Below, piece by piece: positions 14,261-28,494 of a DNA stretch of 64,000 bases. The notes beneath the pieces were generated by a model. The model worked only from the letters and a program-made list of their open reading frames with translations, did no database searches and was not told the DNA's origin. A program made the position numbers and the translations under genes. Numbering within the stretch: position 1 is the first letter of the stretch; each line of letters begins with the position of its first letter. This DNA is from the human T2T-CHM13v2.0 reference genome, Homo sapiens. The stretch lies in the NCBI RefSeq assembly GCF_009914755.1, contig NC_060940.1; one strand, written 5' to 3'.

Positions 14261-15273
14261 TTACACAGAGCAGATTTGAGACACTCTTTGGGTGGAATTT
14301 GTAAGTGGAGAATTCAGCCGCTTTGAGGTCAACGGTAGAAAAGGAAATACCTTCGTATAAAAACTAGACAGAATGATTCTCAGAAACTGTTTTGTGATGT
14401 GTGCGTTCAACTCACAGAGTTTAACCTTTCTTTTCAAAGAGCAGTTAGGAAACACTCTGTAAAGTCTGCAAGTGGATATTCAGACCTCTTTGAGGCCTTC
14501 GTTGGAAACGGGATTTCTTCATATAATGCTAGAGGGAAGAATTCTTAGTAACTTCTTTGTGTTGTGTGTATTCAACTGACAGAGTTGAACCTTCCTTTAG
14601 ACAGAGCAGATTTGAAAGTCTCTTTTTGTGGAATTTGCAAGTGGAGATTTCAAGCGCTTTGAGGCCAAAAGCAGAAAAGGAAATATTTTCCTATAAAAAC
14701 TAGAGAGAATCATTCTCAGAAACTGCTCTGTGATGTGTGTGTTCAACTCACAGAGTTTAACTTTCTTTTCATTCAGCAGTTTGGAAACACTCTGTTTGGA
14801 AAGTCTGCACGTGGATATTTTGACCTCTTTGAGGCCTTCGTTGGAAACGGGTTTTTTTCATGTAAGGCTAGACAGAAGAAATCTCAGTAACTTCCTTGTG
14901 TTGTGTGTATTTAACTGACAGAGTTGAACCTTCCTTTAGACAGAGCAGATTCGAAACGCTCTTTTTCTGCAATTTGCAAGTGGAGACTTCAAGCGCTTTG
15001 AGGCCAAGGCAGAAAAGGAAATATCTTCGTATAAAAACCCGACAGAATCATTCTCAGAAACTGCTCTGTGATGTGTGCGTTCAACTCACAGAGTTTAACT
15101 TTTCTTTTCATTCAGCAGTTTGGAAACACTCTGTTTGTAAAGTCTGCAAGTGGATATCTTGGCCTCTTAGAGGCCTTCGTTGGAAACGCGTTTTTTCATG
15201 TAAGGTTAGACAGAGGAATTCCCAGTAACTTCCTTGTGTTGTGTGCATTCAACTCACAGAGTTGAATGATTCT
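14261..15273 (+). repeat. 6-mer HOR structural variant, copy 1 (1013 bp)
   Basis: Marker spacing is 1013. The hybrid junction ...cagacctctttgaggcc-box-tttcttcatataatgctagagggaag skips 4 monomers. Confidence 0.93.
15175..15191 (+). other. Core-mutated CENP-B box (CGGG>CGCG) linked to the 6-mer
   Basis: cttcgttggaaacgcgt, with position 15 G>C; present in all nine 6-mers. Confidence 0.88.
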
Positions 15274-18200
15274 TTACACAGAGCAGATTTGAGACACACT
15301 TTTGGTGGAATTTGTAAGTGGAGAATTCAGCCGCTTTGAGGTCAACGGTAGAAAAGGAAATATCTTCGTATAAAAACTAGAAAGAATGATTCTCAGAAAC
15401 TGTTTTGTGATGTGTGCGTTCAACTCACAGAGTTTAACCTTTCTTTTCAAAGAGCAGTTAGGAAACACTCTGTTTGTAAAGTCTGCAAGTGGATATTCAG
15501 ACCTCTTTGAAGCCTTCGTTGGAAACGGGATTTCATCATATTATGCTAGACAGATGAATTCTCAGTAACTTCCTTGTGTTGTGTGTATTCAACTCACAGA
15601 GTTGAACGATCCTTTACACAGAGCAGATTTGAAACACTTTTTCTGGAATTTGCAAGTGGAGATTTCAGCCGCTTTGAGGTCAATGGTAGAAAAGGAAATA
15701 TCTTCGTATAAAAACTGGACAGAATGATTCTCAGAAACTCCTTTGTGATGTGTGCGTTCAACTCACAGAGTTTAACCTTTCTTTTCACAGAGCAGTTAGG
15801 AAACACTCTGTTTGTGAAGCCTGCCAGTGGATATTCGGACCTCTTTGAGGCCTTCGTTGGAAACGGGATTTCTTCATATTTTGCTAGACAGAAGATTTCT
15901 CAGTAACTTCTTTGTGTTGTGTGTATGCAACTCACAGAGTTCAACCTTCCTTTAGACAGAGCAGATTTGAAACACTCTTTTTGTGGAATTTGCAAGTGGA
16001 AATTTCAAGCGCATCGATGCCAATGGTAGAAAAGGAAATATCTTCGTATGAAAACAAGACAAACTCGTTCCCAGACACTGCGTAGTGATGTGTGTGTTTA
16101 ACTCACAGAGTTTAACCTTTCTTTTCATACAGCATTCTGGAAACCCTCTGTTTGTAAAGTCTGCAAGTGGATATTTGGACCTCTTAGATGCCTTCGTTGG
16201 AAACGGGATTTCTTCATATAATGCTAGAGGGAAGAATTCTTAGTAACTTCTTTGTGTTGTGTGTATTCAACTGACAGAGTTGAACCTTCCTTTAGACAGA
16301 GCAGATTTGAAAGTCTCTTTTTGTGGAATTTGCAAGTGGAGATTTCAAGCGCTTTGAGGCCAAAAGCAGAAAAGGAAATATTTTCCTATAAAAACTCGAC
16401 AGAATCTTTCTCAGAAACTGCTCTGGGATGTGTGCGTTCAACTCACAGAGTTTAACTTTTCTTTTCATTCAGCAGTTTGGAAACACTCTGTTTGGAAAGT
16501 CTGCACGTGGATATTTTGACCTCTTTGAGGCCTTCGTTGGAAACGGGTTTTTTTCATGTAAGGCTAGACAGAAGAAATCTCAGTAACTTCCTTGTGTTGT
16601 GTGTATTCAACTGACAGAGTTGAACCTTCCTTTAGACAGAGCAGATTCGAAACACTCTTTTTCTGCAATTTGCAAGTGGAGACTTCAAGCGCTTTGAGGC
16701 CAAAGGCAGAAAAGGAAATATCTTCGTATAAAAACCCGACAGAATCATTCTCAGAAACTGCTCTGTGATGTGTGCGTTCAACTCACAGAGTTTAACTTTT
16801 CTTTTCATTCAGCAGTTTGGAAACACTCTGTTTGTAAAGTCTGCAAGTGGATATCTTGGCCTCTTAGAGGCCTTCGTTGGAAGCGGGTTTTTTCATGTAA
16901 GGATAGACAGAGGAATTCCCAGTAACTTCCTTGTGTTGTATGCATTCAACTCACAGAGTTGAATGATTCTTTACACAGAGCAGATTTGAGACACTCTTTT
17001 GGTGGAATTTGTAAGTGGAGAATTCAGCCGCTTTGAGGTCAACGGTAGAAAAGGAAATATCTTCGTATAAAAACTAGAAAGAATGATTCTCAGAAACTGT
17101 TTTGTGATGTGTGCTTTCAACTCACAGAGTTTAACCTTTCTTTTCAAAGAGCAGTTAGGAAACACTCTGTTTGTAAAGTCTGCAAGTGGATATTCAGACC
17201 TCTTTGAGGCCTTCGTTGGAAACGGGATTTCTTCATATTATGCTAGACAGATGAATTCTCAGTAACTTCCTTGTGTTGTGTGTATTCAACTCACAGAGTT
17301 AAACGATCCTTTACACAGAGCAGATTTGAAACACTGTTTTTCTGGAATTTGCAAGTGGAGATTTCAGCCGCTTTGAGGTCAATGGTAGAAAAGGAAATAT
17401 CTTCGTATAAAAACTGGACAGAATGATTCTCAGAAACTCCTTTGTGATGTGTGCGTTCAACTCACAGAGTTTAACCTTTCTTTTCACAGAGCAGTTAGGA
17501 AACACTCTGTGAAGCCTGCCAGTGGATATTCGGACCTCTTTGAGGCCTTCGTTGGAAACGGGATTTCTTCATATTATGCTAGACAGAAGATTTCTCAGTA
17601 ACTTCTTTGGGTTGTGTGTATGCAACTCACAGAGTTCAACCTTCCTTTAGACAGAGCAGATTTGAAACACTCTTTTTGTGGAATTTGCAAGTGGAGATTT
17701 CAAGCGCTTCGATGCCAATGGTAGAAAAGGAAATATCTTCGTATAAAAACAAGACAAACTCGTTCCCAGACACTGCGTAGTGATGTGTGTGTTTAACTCA
17801 CAGAGTTTCACCTTTCTTTTCATACAGCATTCTGGAAACCCTGTGTTTGTAAAGTCTGCAAGTGGATATTTGGACCTCTTAGATGCCTTCGTTGGAAACG
17901 GGATTTCTTCATATAATGCTAGAGGGAAGAATTCTTAGTAACTTCTTTGTGTTGTGTGTATTCAACTGACAGAGTTGAACCTTCCTTTAGACAGAGCAGA
18001 TTTGAAAGTCTCTTTTTGTGGAATTTGCAAGTGGAGATTTCAAGCGCTTTGAGGCCAAAAGCAGAAAAGGAAATATTTTCCTATAAAAACTCGACAGAAT
18101 CTTTCTCAGAAACTGCTCTGGGATGTGTGCGTTCAACTCACAGAGTTTAACTTTTCTTTCCATTCAGCAGTTTGGAAACACTCTGTTTGGAAAGTCTGCA

Positions 18201-18665
18201 CGTGGATATTTTGACCTCTTTGAGGCCTTCGTTGGAAACGGGTTTTTTTCTTGTAAGGCTAGACAGAAGAAATCTCAGTAACTTCCTTGTGTTGTGTGTA
18301 TTCAACTGACAGAGTTGAACCTTCCTTTAGACAGAGCAGATTCGAAACACTCTTTTTCTGCAATTTGCAAGTGGAGACTTCAAGCGCTTTGAGGCCAAAG
18401 GCAGAAAAGGAAATATCTTCGTATAAAAACCCGACAGAATCATTCTCAGAAACTGCTCTGTGATGTGTGCGTTCAACTCACAGAGTTTAACTTTTCTTTT
18501 CATTCAGCAGTTTGGAAACACTCTGTTTGTAAAGTCTGCAAGTGGATATCTTGGCCTCTTAGAGGCCTTCGTTGGAAACGGGTTTTTTCATGTAAGGTTA
18601 GACAGAGGAATTCCCAGTAACTTCCTTGTGTTGTGTGCATTCAACTCACAGAGTTGAATGATTCT

Positions 18666-19678
18666 TTACACAGAGCAGATTTGAGACACTCTTTGGGTGG
18701 AATTTGTAAGTGGAGAATTCAGCCGCTTTGAGGTCAACGGTAGAAAAGGAAATACCTTCGTATAAAAACTAGACAGAATGATTCTCAGAAACTGTTTTGT
18801 GATGTGTGCGTTCAACTCACAGAGTTTAACCTTTCTTTTCAAAGAGCAGTTAGGAAACACTCTGTAAAGTCTGCAAGTGGATATTCAGACCTCTTTGAGG
18901 CCTTCGTTGGAAACGGGATTTCTTCATATAATGCTAGAGGGAAGAATTCTTAGTAACTTCTTTGTGTTGTGTGTATTCAACTGACAGAGTTGAACCTTCC
19001 TTTAGACAGAGCAGATTTGAAAGTCTCTTTTTGTGGAATTTGCAAGTGGAGATTTCAAGCGCTTTGAGGCCAAAAGCAGAAAAGGAAATATTTTCCTATA
19101 AAAACTAGAGAGAATCATTCTCAGAAACTGCTCTGTGATGTGTGTGTTCAACTCACAGAGTTTAACTTTCTTTTCATTCAGCAGTTTGGAAACACTCTGT
19201 TTGGAAAGTCTGCACGTGGATATTTTGACCTCTTTGAGGCCTTCGTTGGAAACGGGTTTTTTTCATGTAAGGCTAGACAGAAGAAATCTCAGTAACTTCC
19301 TTGTGTTGTGTGTATTTAACTGACAGAGTTGAACCTTCCTTTAGACAGAGCAGATTCGAAACGCTCTTTTTCTGCAATTTGCAAGTGGAGACTTCAAGCG
19401 CTTTGAGGCCAAGGCAGAAAAGGAAATATCTTCGTATAAAAACCCGACAGAATCATTCTCAGAAACTGCTCTGTGATGGGTGCGTTCAACTCACAGAGTT
19501 TAACTTTTCTTTTCATTCAGCAGTTTGGAAACACTCTGTTTGTAAAGTCTGCAAGTGGATATCTTGGCCTCTTAGAGGCCTTCGTTGGAAACGCGTTTTT
19601 TCATGTAAGGTTAGACAGAGGAATTCCCAGTAACTTCCTTGTGTTGTGTGCATTCAACTCACAGAGTTGAATGATTCT
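18666..19678 (+). repeat. 6-mer HOR variant, copy 2 (1013 bp)
   Basis: Same junction and diagnostic SNPs as copy 1. Confidence 0.93.
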
Positions 19679-21375
19679 TTACACAGAGCAGATTTGAGAC
19701 ACACTTTTGGTGGAATTTGTAAGTGGAGAATTCAGCCGCTTTGAGGTCAACGGTAGAAAAGGAAATATCTTCGTATAAAAACTAGAAAGAATGATTCTCA
19801 GAAACTGTTTTGTGATGTGTGCGTTCAACTCACAGAGTTTAACCTTTCTTTTCAAAGAGCAGTTAGGAAACACTCTGTTTGTAAAGTCTGCAAGTGGATA
19901 TTCAGACCTCTTTGAAGCCTTCGTTGGAAACGGGATTTCATCATATTATGCTAGACAGATGAATTCTCAGTAACTTCCTTGTGTTGTGTGTATTCAACTC
20001 ACAGAGTTGAACGATCCTTTACACAGAGCAGATTTGAAACACTTTTTCTGGAATTTGCAAGTGGAGATTTCAGCCGCTTTGAGGTCAATGGTAGAAAAGG
20101 AAATATCTTCGTATAAAAACTGGACAGAATGATTCTCAGAAACTCCTTTGTGATGTGTGCGTTCAACTCACAGAGTTTAACCTTTCTTTTCACAGAGCAG
20201 TTAGGAAACACTCTGTTTGTGAAGCCTGCCAGTGGATATTCGGACCTCTTTGAGGCCTTCGTTGGAAACGGGATTTCTTCATATTTTGCTAGACAGAAGA
20301 TTTCTCAGTAACTTCTTTGTGTTGTGTGTATGCAACTCACAGAGTTCAACCTTCCTTTAGACAGAGCAGATTTGAAACACTCTTTTTGTGGAATTTGCAA
20401 GTGGAAATTTCAAGCGCATCGATGCCAATGGTAGAAAAGGAAATATCTTCGTATAAAAACAAGACAAACTCGTTCCCAGACACTGCGTAGTGATGTGTGT
20501 GTTTAACTCACAGAGTTTCACCTTTCTTTTCATACAGCATTCTGGAAACCCTCTGTTTGTAAAGTCTGCAAGTGGATATTTGGACCTCTTAGATGCCTTC
20601 GTTGGAAACGGGATTTCCTCATATAATGCTAGAGGGAAGAATTCTTAGTAACTTCTTTGTGTTGTGTGTATTCAACTGACAGAGTTGAACCTTCCTTTAG
20701 ACAGAGCAGATTTGAAAGTCTCTTTTTGTGGAATTTGCAAGTGGAGATTTCAAGCGCTTTGAGGCCAAAAGCAGAAAAGGAAATATTTTCCTATAAAAAC
20801 TCGACAGAATCTTTCTCAGAAACTGCTCTGGGATGTGTGCGTTCAACTCACAGAGTTTAACTTTTCTTTTCATTCAGCAGTTTGGAAACACTCTGTTTGG
20901 AAAGTCTGCACGTGGATATTTTGACCTCTTTGAGGCCTTCTTTGGAAACGGGTGTTTTTCATGTAAGGCTAGACAGAAGAAATCTCAGTAACTTCCTTGT
21001 GTTGTGTGTATTCAACTGACAGAGTTGAACCTTCCTTTAGACAGAGCAGATTCGAAACACTCTTTTTCTGCAATTTGCAAGTGGAGACTTCAAGCGCTTT
21101 GAGGCCAAAGGCAGAAAAGGAAATATCTTCGTATAAAAACCCGACAGAATCATTCTCAGAAACTGCTCTGTGATGTGTGCGTTCAACTCACAGAGTTTAA
21201 CTTTTCTTTTCATTCAGCAGTTTGGAAACACTCTGTTTGTAAAGTCTGCAAGTGGATATCTTGGCCTCTTAGAGGCCTTCGTTGGAAACGGGTTTTTTCA
21301 TGTAAGGTTAGACAGAGGAATTCCCAGTAACTTCCTTGTGTTGTGTGCATTCAACTCACAGAGTTGAATGATTCT

Positions 21376-22388
21376 TTACACAGAGCAGATTTGAGACACT
21401 CTTTGGGTGGAATTTGTAAGTGGAGAATTCAGCCGCTTTGAGGTCAACGGTAGAAAAGGAAATACCTTCGTATAAAAACTAGACAGAATGATTCTCAGAA
21501 ACTGTTTTGTGATGTGTGCGTTCAACTCACAGAGTTTAACCTTTCTTTTCAAAGAGCAGTTAGGAAACACTCTGTAAAGTCTGCAAGTGGATATTCAGAC
21601 CTCTTTGAGGCCTTCGTTGGAAACGGGATTTCTTCATATAATGCTAGAGGGAAGAATTCTTAGTAACTTCTTTGTGTTGTGTGTATTCAACTGACAGAGT
21701 TGAACCTTCCTTTAGACAGAGCAGATTTGAAAGTCTCTTTTTGTGGAATTTGCAAGTGGAGATTTCAAGCGCTTTGAGGCCAAAAGCAGAAAAGGAAATA
21801 TTTTCCTATAAAAACTAGAGAGAATCATTCTCAGAAACTGCTCTGTGATGTGTGTGTTCAACTCACAGAGTTTAACTTTCTTTTCATTCAGCAGTTTGGA
21901 AACACTCTGTTTGGAAAGTCTGCACGTGGATATTTTGACCTCTTTGAGGCCTTCGTTGGAAACGGGTTTTTTTCATGTAAGGCTAGACAGAAGAAATCTC
22001 AGTAACTTCCTTGTGTTGTGTGTATTTAACTGACAGAGTTGAACCTTCCTTTAGACAGAGCAGATTCGAAACGCTCTTTTTCTGCAATTTGCAAGTGGAG
22101 ACTTCAAGCGCTTTGAGGCCAAGGCAGAAAAGGAAATATCTTCGTATAAAAACCCGACAGAATCATTCTCAGAAACTGCTCTGTGATGTGTGCGTTCAAC
22201 TCACAGAGTTTAACTTTTCTTTTCATTCAGCAGTTTGGAAACACTCTGTTTGTAAAGTCTGCAAGTGGATATCTTGGCCTCTTAGAGGCCTTCGTTGGAA
22301 ACGCGTTTTTTCATGTAAGGTTAGACAGAGGAATTCCCAGTAACTTCCTTGTGTTGTGTGCATTCAACTCACAGAGTTGAATGATTCT
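21376..22388 (+). repeat. 6-mer HOR variant, copy 3 (1013 bp)
   Basis: Same junction and diagnostic SNPs as copy 1. Confidence 0.93.
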
Positions 22389-24085
22389 TTACACAGAGCA
22401 GATTTGAGACACACTTTTGGTGGAATTTGTAAGTGGAGAATTCAGCCGCTTTGAGGTCAACGGTAGAAAAGGAAATATCTTCGTATAAAAACTAGAAAGA
22501 ATGATTCTCAGAAACTGTTTTGTGATGTGTGCGTTCAACTCACAGAGTTTAACCTTTCTTTTCAAAGAGCAGTTAGGAAACACTCTGTTTGTAAAGTCTG
22601 CAAGTGGATATTCAGACCTCTTTGAAGCCTTCGTTGGAAACGGGATTTCATCATATTATGCTAGACAGATGAATTCTCAGTAACTTCCTTGTGTTGTGTG
22701 TATTCAACTCACAGAGTTGAACGATCCTTTACACAGAGCAGATTTGAAACACTTTTTCTGGAATTTGCAAGTGGAGATTTCAGCCGCTTTGAGGTCAATG
22801 GTAGAAAAGGAAATATCTTCGTATAAAAACTGGACAGAATGATTCTCAGAAACTCCTTTGTGATGTGTGCGTTCAACTCACAGAGTTTAACCTTTCTTTT
22901 CACAGAGCAGTTAGGAAACACTCTGTTTGTGAAGCCTGCCAGTGGATATTCGGACCTCTTTGAGGCCTTCGTTGGAAACGGGATTTCTTCATATTTTGCT
23001 AGACAGAAGATTTCTCAGTAACTTCTTTGTGTTGTGTGTATGCAACTCACAGAGTTCAACCTTCCTTTAGACAGAGCAGATTTGAAACACTCTTTTTGTG
23101 GAATTTGCAAGTGGAAATTTCAAGCGCATCGATGCCAATGGTAGAAAAGGAAATATCTTCGTATAAAAACAAGACAAACTCGTTCCCAGACACTGCGTAG
23201 TGATGTGTGTGTTTAACTCACAGAGTTTAACCTTTCTTTTCATACAGCATTCTGGAAACCCTCTGTTTGTAAAGTCTGCAAGTGGATATTTGGACCTCTT
23301 AGATGCCTTCGTTGGAAACGGGATTTCCTCATATAATGCTAGAGGGAAGAATTCTTAGTAACTTCTTTGTGTTGTGTGTATTCAACTGACAGAGTTGAAC
23401 CTTCCTTTAGACAGAGCAGATTTGAAAGTCTCTTTTTTTGGAATTTGCAAGTGGAGATTTCAAGCGCTTTGAGGCCAAAAGCAGAAAAGGAAATATTTTC
23501 CTATAAAAACTAGACAGAATCTTTCTCAGAAACTGCTCTGGGATGTGTGCGTTCAACTCACAGAGTTTAACTTTTCTTTTCATTCAGCAGTTTGGAAACA
23601 CTCTGTTTGGAAAGTCTGCACGTGGATATTTTGACCTCTTTGAGGCCTTCGTTGGAAACGGGTGTTTTTCATGTAAGGCTAGACAGAAGAAATCTCAGTA
23701 ACTTCCTTGTGTTGTGTGTATTCAACTGACAGAGTTGAACCTTCCTTTAGACAGAGCAGATTCGAAACACTCTTTTTCTGCAATTTGCAAGTGGAGACTT
23801 CAAGCGCTTTGAGGCCAAAGGCAGAAAAGGATATATCTTCGTATAAAAACCCGACAGAATCATTCTCAGAAACTGCTCTGTGATGTGTGCGTTCAACTCA
23901 CAGAGTTTAACTTTTCTTTTCATTCAGCAGTTTGGAAACACTCTGTTTGAAAAGTCTGCAAGTGGATATCTTGGCCTCTTAGAGGCCTTCGTTGGAAACG
24001 GGTTTTTTCATGTAAGGATAGACAGAGGAATTCCCAGTAACTTCCTTGTGTTGTGTGCATTCAACTCACAGAGTTGAATGATTCT

Positions 24086-25099
24086 TTACACAGAGCAGAT
24101 TTGAGACACTCTTTGGGTGGAATTTGTAAGTGGAGAATTCAGCCGCTTTGAGGTCAACGGTAGAAAAGGAAATATCTTCGTATAAAAACTAGACAGAATG
24201 ATTCTCAGAAACTGTTTTGTGATGTGTGCGTTCAACTCACAGAGTTTAACCTTTCTTTTCAAAGAGCAGTTAGGAAACACTCTGTAAAGTCTGCAAGTGG
24301 ATATTCAGACCTCTTTGAGGCCTTCGTTGGAAACGGGATTTCTTCATATAATGCTAGAGGGAAGAATTCTTAGTAACTTCTTTGTGTTGTGTGTATTCAA
24401 CTGACAGAGTTGAACCTTCCTTTAGACAGAGCAGATTTGAAAGTCTCTTTTTGTGGAATTTGCAAGTGGAGATTTCAAGCGCTTTGAGGCCAAAAGCAGA
24501 AAAGGAAATATTTTCCTATAAAAACTAGAGAGAATCATTCTCAGAAACTGCTCTGTGATGTGTGTGTTCAACTCACAGAGTTTAACTTTCTTTTCATTCA
24601 GCAGTTTGGAAACACTCTGTTTGGAAAGTCTGCACGTGGATATTTTGACCTCTTTGAGGCCTTCGTTGGAAACGGGTTTTTTTCATGTAAGGCTAGACAG
24701 AAGAAATCTCAGTAACTTCCTTGTGTTGTGTGTATTCAACTGACAGAGTTGAACCTTCCTTTAGACAGAGCAGATTCGAAACGCTCTTTTTCTGCAATTT
24801 GCAAGTGGAGACTTCAAGCGCTTTGAGGCCAAAGGCAGAAAAGGAAATATCTTCGTATAAAAACCCGACAGAATCATTCTCAGAAACTGCTCTGTGATGT
24901 GTGCGTTCAACTCACAGAGTTTAACTTTTCTTTTCATTCAGCAGTTTGGAAACACTCTGTTTGTAAAGTCTGCAAGTGGATATCTTGGCCTCTTAGAGGC
25001 CTTCGTTGGAAACGCGTTTTTTCATGTAAGGTTAGACAGAGGAATTCCCAGTAACTTCCTTGTGTTGTGTGCATTCAACTCACAGAGTTGAATGATTCT
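24086..25099 (+). repeat. 6-mer HOR variant, copy 4 (1014 bp)
   Basis: Same junction; lacks the gaggccaaggc 1-bp deletion of copies 1-3. Confidence 0.93.
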
Positions 25100-28000
25100 T
25101 TACACAGAGCAGATTTGAGACACACTTTTGGTGGAATTTGTAAGTGGAGAATTCAGCCGCTTTGAGGTCAACGGTAGAAAAGGAAATATCTTCGTATAAA
25201 AACTAGAAAGAATGATTCTCAGAAACTGTTTTGTGATGTGTGCGTTCAACTCACAGAGTTTAACCTTTCTTTTCAAAGAGCAGTTAGGAAACACTCTGTT
25301 TGTAAAGTCTGCAAGTGGATATTCAGACCTCTTTGAAGCCTTCGTTGGAAACGGGATTTCATCATATTATGCTAGACAGATGAATTCTCAGTAACTTCCT
25401 TGTGTTGTGTGTATTCAACTCACAGAGTTGAACGATCCTTTACACAGAGCAGATTTGAAACACTGTTTTTCTGGAATTTGCAAGTGGAGATTTCAGCCGC
25501 TTTGAGGTCAATGGTAGAAAAGGAAATATCTTCGTATAAAAACTGGACAGAATGATTCTCAGAAACTCCTTTGTGATGTGTGCGTTCAACTCACAGAGTT
25601 TAACCTTTCTTTTCACAGAGCAGTTAGGAAACACTCTGTTTGTGAAGCCTGCCAGTGGATATTCGGACCTCTTTGAGGCCTTCGTTGGAAACGGGATTTC
25701 TTCATATTTTGCTAGACAGAAGAATTCTCAGTAACTTCTTTGTGTTGTGTGTATGCAACTCACAGAGTTCAACCTTCCTTTAGACAGAGCAGATTTGAAA
25801 CACTCTTTTTGTGGAATTTGCAAGTGGAAATTTCAAGCGCATCGATGCCAATGGTAGAAAAGGAAATTTCTTCGTATAAAAACAAGACAAACTCGTTCCC
25901 AGACACTGCGTAGTGATGTGTGTGTTTAACTCACAGAGTTTAACCTTTCTTTTCATACAGCATTCTGGAAACCCTCTGTTTGTAAAGTCTGCAAGTGGAT
26001 ATTTGGACCTCTTAGATGCCTTCGTTGGAAACGGGATTTCTTCATATAATGCTAGAGGGAAGAATTCTTAGTAACTTCTTTGTGTTGTGTGTATTCAACT
26101 GACAGAGTTGAACCTTCCTTTAGACAGAGCAGATTTGAAAGTCTCTTTTTGTGGAATTTGCAAGTGGAGATTTCAAGCGCTTTGAGGCCAAAAGCAGAAA
26201 AGGAAATATTTTCCTATAAAAACTCGACAGAATCATTCTCAGAAACTGCTCTGTGATGTGTGCGTTCAACTCACAGAGTTTAACTTTTCTTTTCATTCAG
26301 CAGTTTGGAAACACTGTTTGGAAAGTCTGCACGTGGATATTTTGACCTCTTTGAGGCCTTCGTTGGAAACGGGTTTTTTTCATGTAAGGCTAGACAGAAG
26401 AAATCTCAGTAACTTCCTTGTGTTGTGTGTATTCAACTGACAGAGTTGAACCTTCCTTTAGACAGAGCAGATTCGAAACACTCTTTTTCTGCAATTTGCA
26501 AGTGGAGACTTCAAGCGCTTTGAGGCCAAAGGCAGAAAAGGAAATATCTTCGTATAAAAACCCGACAGAATCATTCTCAGAAACTGCTCTGTGATGTGTG
26601 CGTTCAACTCACAGAGTTTAACTTTTCTTTTCATTCAGCAGTTTGGAAACACTCTGTTTGTAAAGTCTGCAAGTGGATATCTTGGCCTCTTAGAGGCCTT
26701 CGTTGGAAACGGGTTTTTTCATGTAAGGATAGACAGAGGAATTCCCAGTAACTTCCTTGTGTTGTGTGCATTCAACTCACAGAGTTGAATGATTCTTTAC
26801 ACAGAGCAGATTTGAGACACTCTTTTGGTGGAATTTGTAAGTGGAGAATTCAGCCGCTTTGAGGTCAACGGTAGAAAAGGAAATATCTTCGTATAAAAAC
26901 TAGACAGAATGATTCTCAGAAACTGTTTTGTGATGTGTGCGTTCAACTCACAGAGTTTAACCTTTCTTTTCAGAGAGCAGTTAGGAAACACTCTGTTTGT
27001 AAAGTCTGCAAGTGGATATTCAGACCTCTTTGAGGCCTTCGTTGGAAACGGGATTTCTTCATATTATGCTAGACAGATGAATTCTCAGTAACTTCCTTGT
27101 GTTGTGTGTATTCAACTCACAGAGTTGAACGATCCTTTACACAGAGCAGATTTGAAACACTGTTTTTCTGGAATTTGCAAGTGGAGATTTCAGCCGCTTT
27201 GAGGTCAATGGTAGAAAAGGAAATATCTTCGTATAAAAACTAGACAGAATGATTCTCAGAAACTCCTTTGTGATGTGTGCGTTCAACTCACAGAGTTTAA
27301 CCTTTCTTTTCACAGAGCAGTTAGGAAACACTCTGTTTGTGAAGCCTGCCAGTGGATATTCGGACCTCTTTGAGGCCTTCGTTGGAAACGGGATTTCTTC
27401 ATATTATGCTAGACAGAAGATTTCTCAGTAACTTCTTTGTGTTGTGTGTATGCAACTCACAGAGTTCAACCTTCCTTTAGACAGAGCAGATTTGAAACAC
27501 TCTTTTTGTGGAATTTGCAAGTGGAGATTTCAAGCGCTTCGATGCCAATGGTAGAAAAGGAAATATCTTCGTATAAAAACAAGACAAACTCGTTCCCAGA
27601 CACTGCGTAGTGATGTGTGTGTTTAACTCACAGAGTTTAACCTTTCTTTTCATACAGCATTCTGGAAACCCTCTGTTTGTAAAGTCTGCAAGTGGATATT
27701 TGGACCTCTTAGATGCCTTCGTTGGAACGGGATTTCCTCATATAATGCTAGAGGGAAGAATTCTTAGTAACTTCTTTGTGTTGTGTGTATTCAACTGACA
27801 GAGTTGAACCTTCCTTTAGACAGAGCAGATTTGAAAGTCTCTTTTTGTGGAATTTGCAAGTGGAGATTTCAAGCGCTTTGAGGCCAAAAGCAGAAAAGGA
27901 AATATTTTCCTATAAAAACTAGACAGAATCTTTCTCAGAAACTGCTCTGGGATGTGTGCGTTCAACTCACAGAGTTTAACTTTTCTTTTCATTCAGCAGT

Positions 28001-28494
28001 TTGGAAACACTCTGTTTGGAAAGTCTGCACGTGGATATTTTGACCTCTTTGAGGCCTTCGTTGGAAACGGGTGTTTTTCATGTAAGGCTAGACAGAAGAA
28101 ATCTCAGTAACTTCCTTGTGTTGTGTGTATTCAACTGACAGAGTTGAACCTTCCTTTAGACAGAGCAGATTCGAAACACTCTTTTTCTGCAATTTGCAAG
28201 TGGAGACTTCAAGCGCTTTGAGGCCAAAGGCAGAAAAGGAAATATCTTCGTATAAAAACCCGACAGAATCATTCTCAGAAACTGCTCTGTGATGTGTGCG
28301 TTCAACTCACAGAGTTTAACTTTTCTTTTCATTCAGCAGTTTGGAAACACTCTGTTTGTAAAGTCTGCAAGTGGATATCTTGGCCTCTTAGAGGCCTTCG
28401 TTGGAAACGGGTTTTTTCATGTAAGGTTAGACAGAGGAATTCCCAGTAACTTCCTTGTGTTGTGTGCATTCAACTCACAGAGTTGAATGATTCT

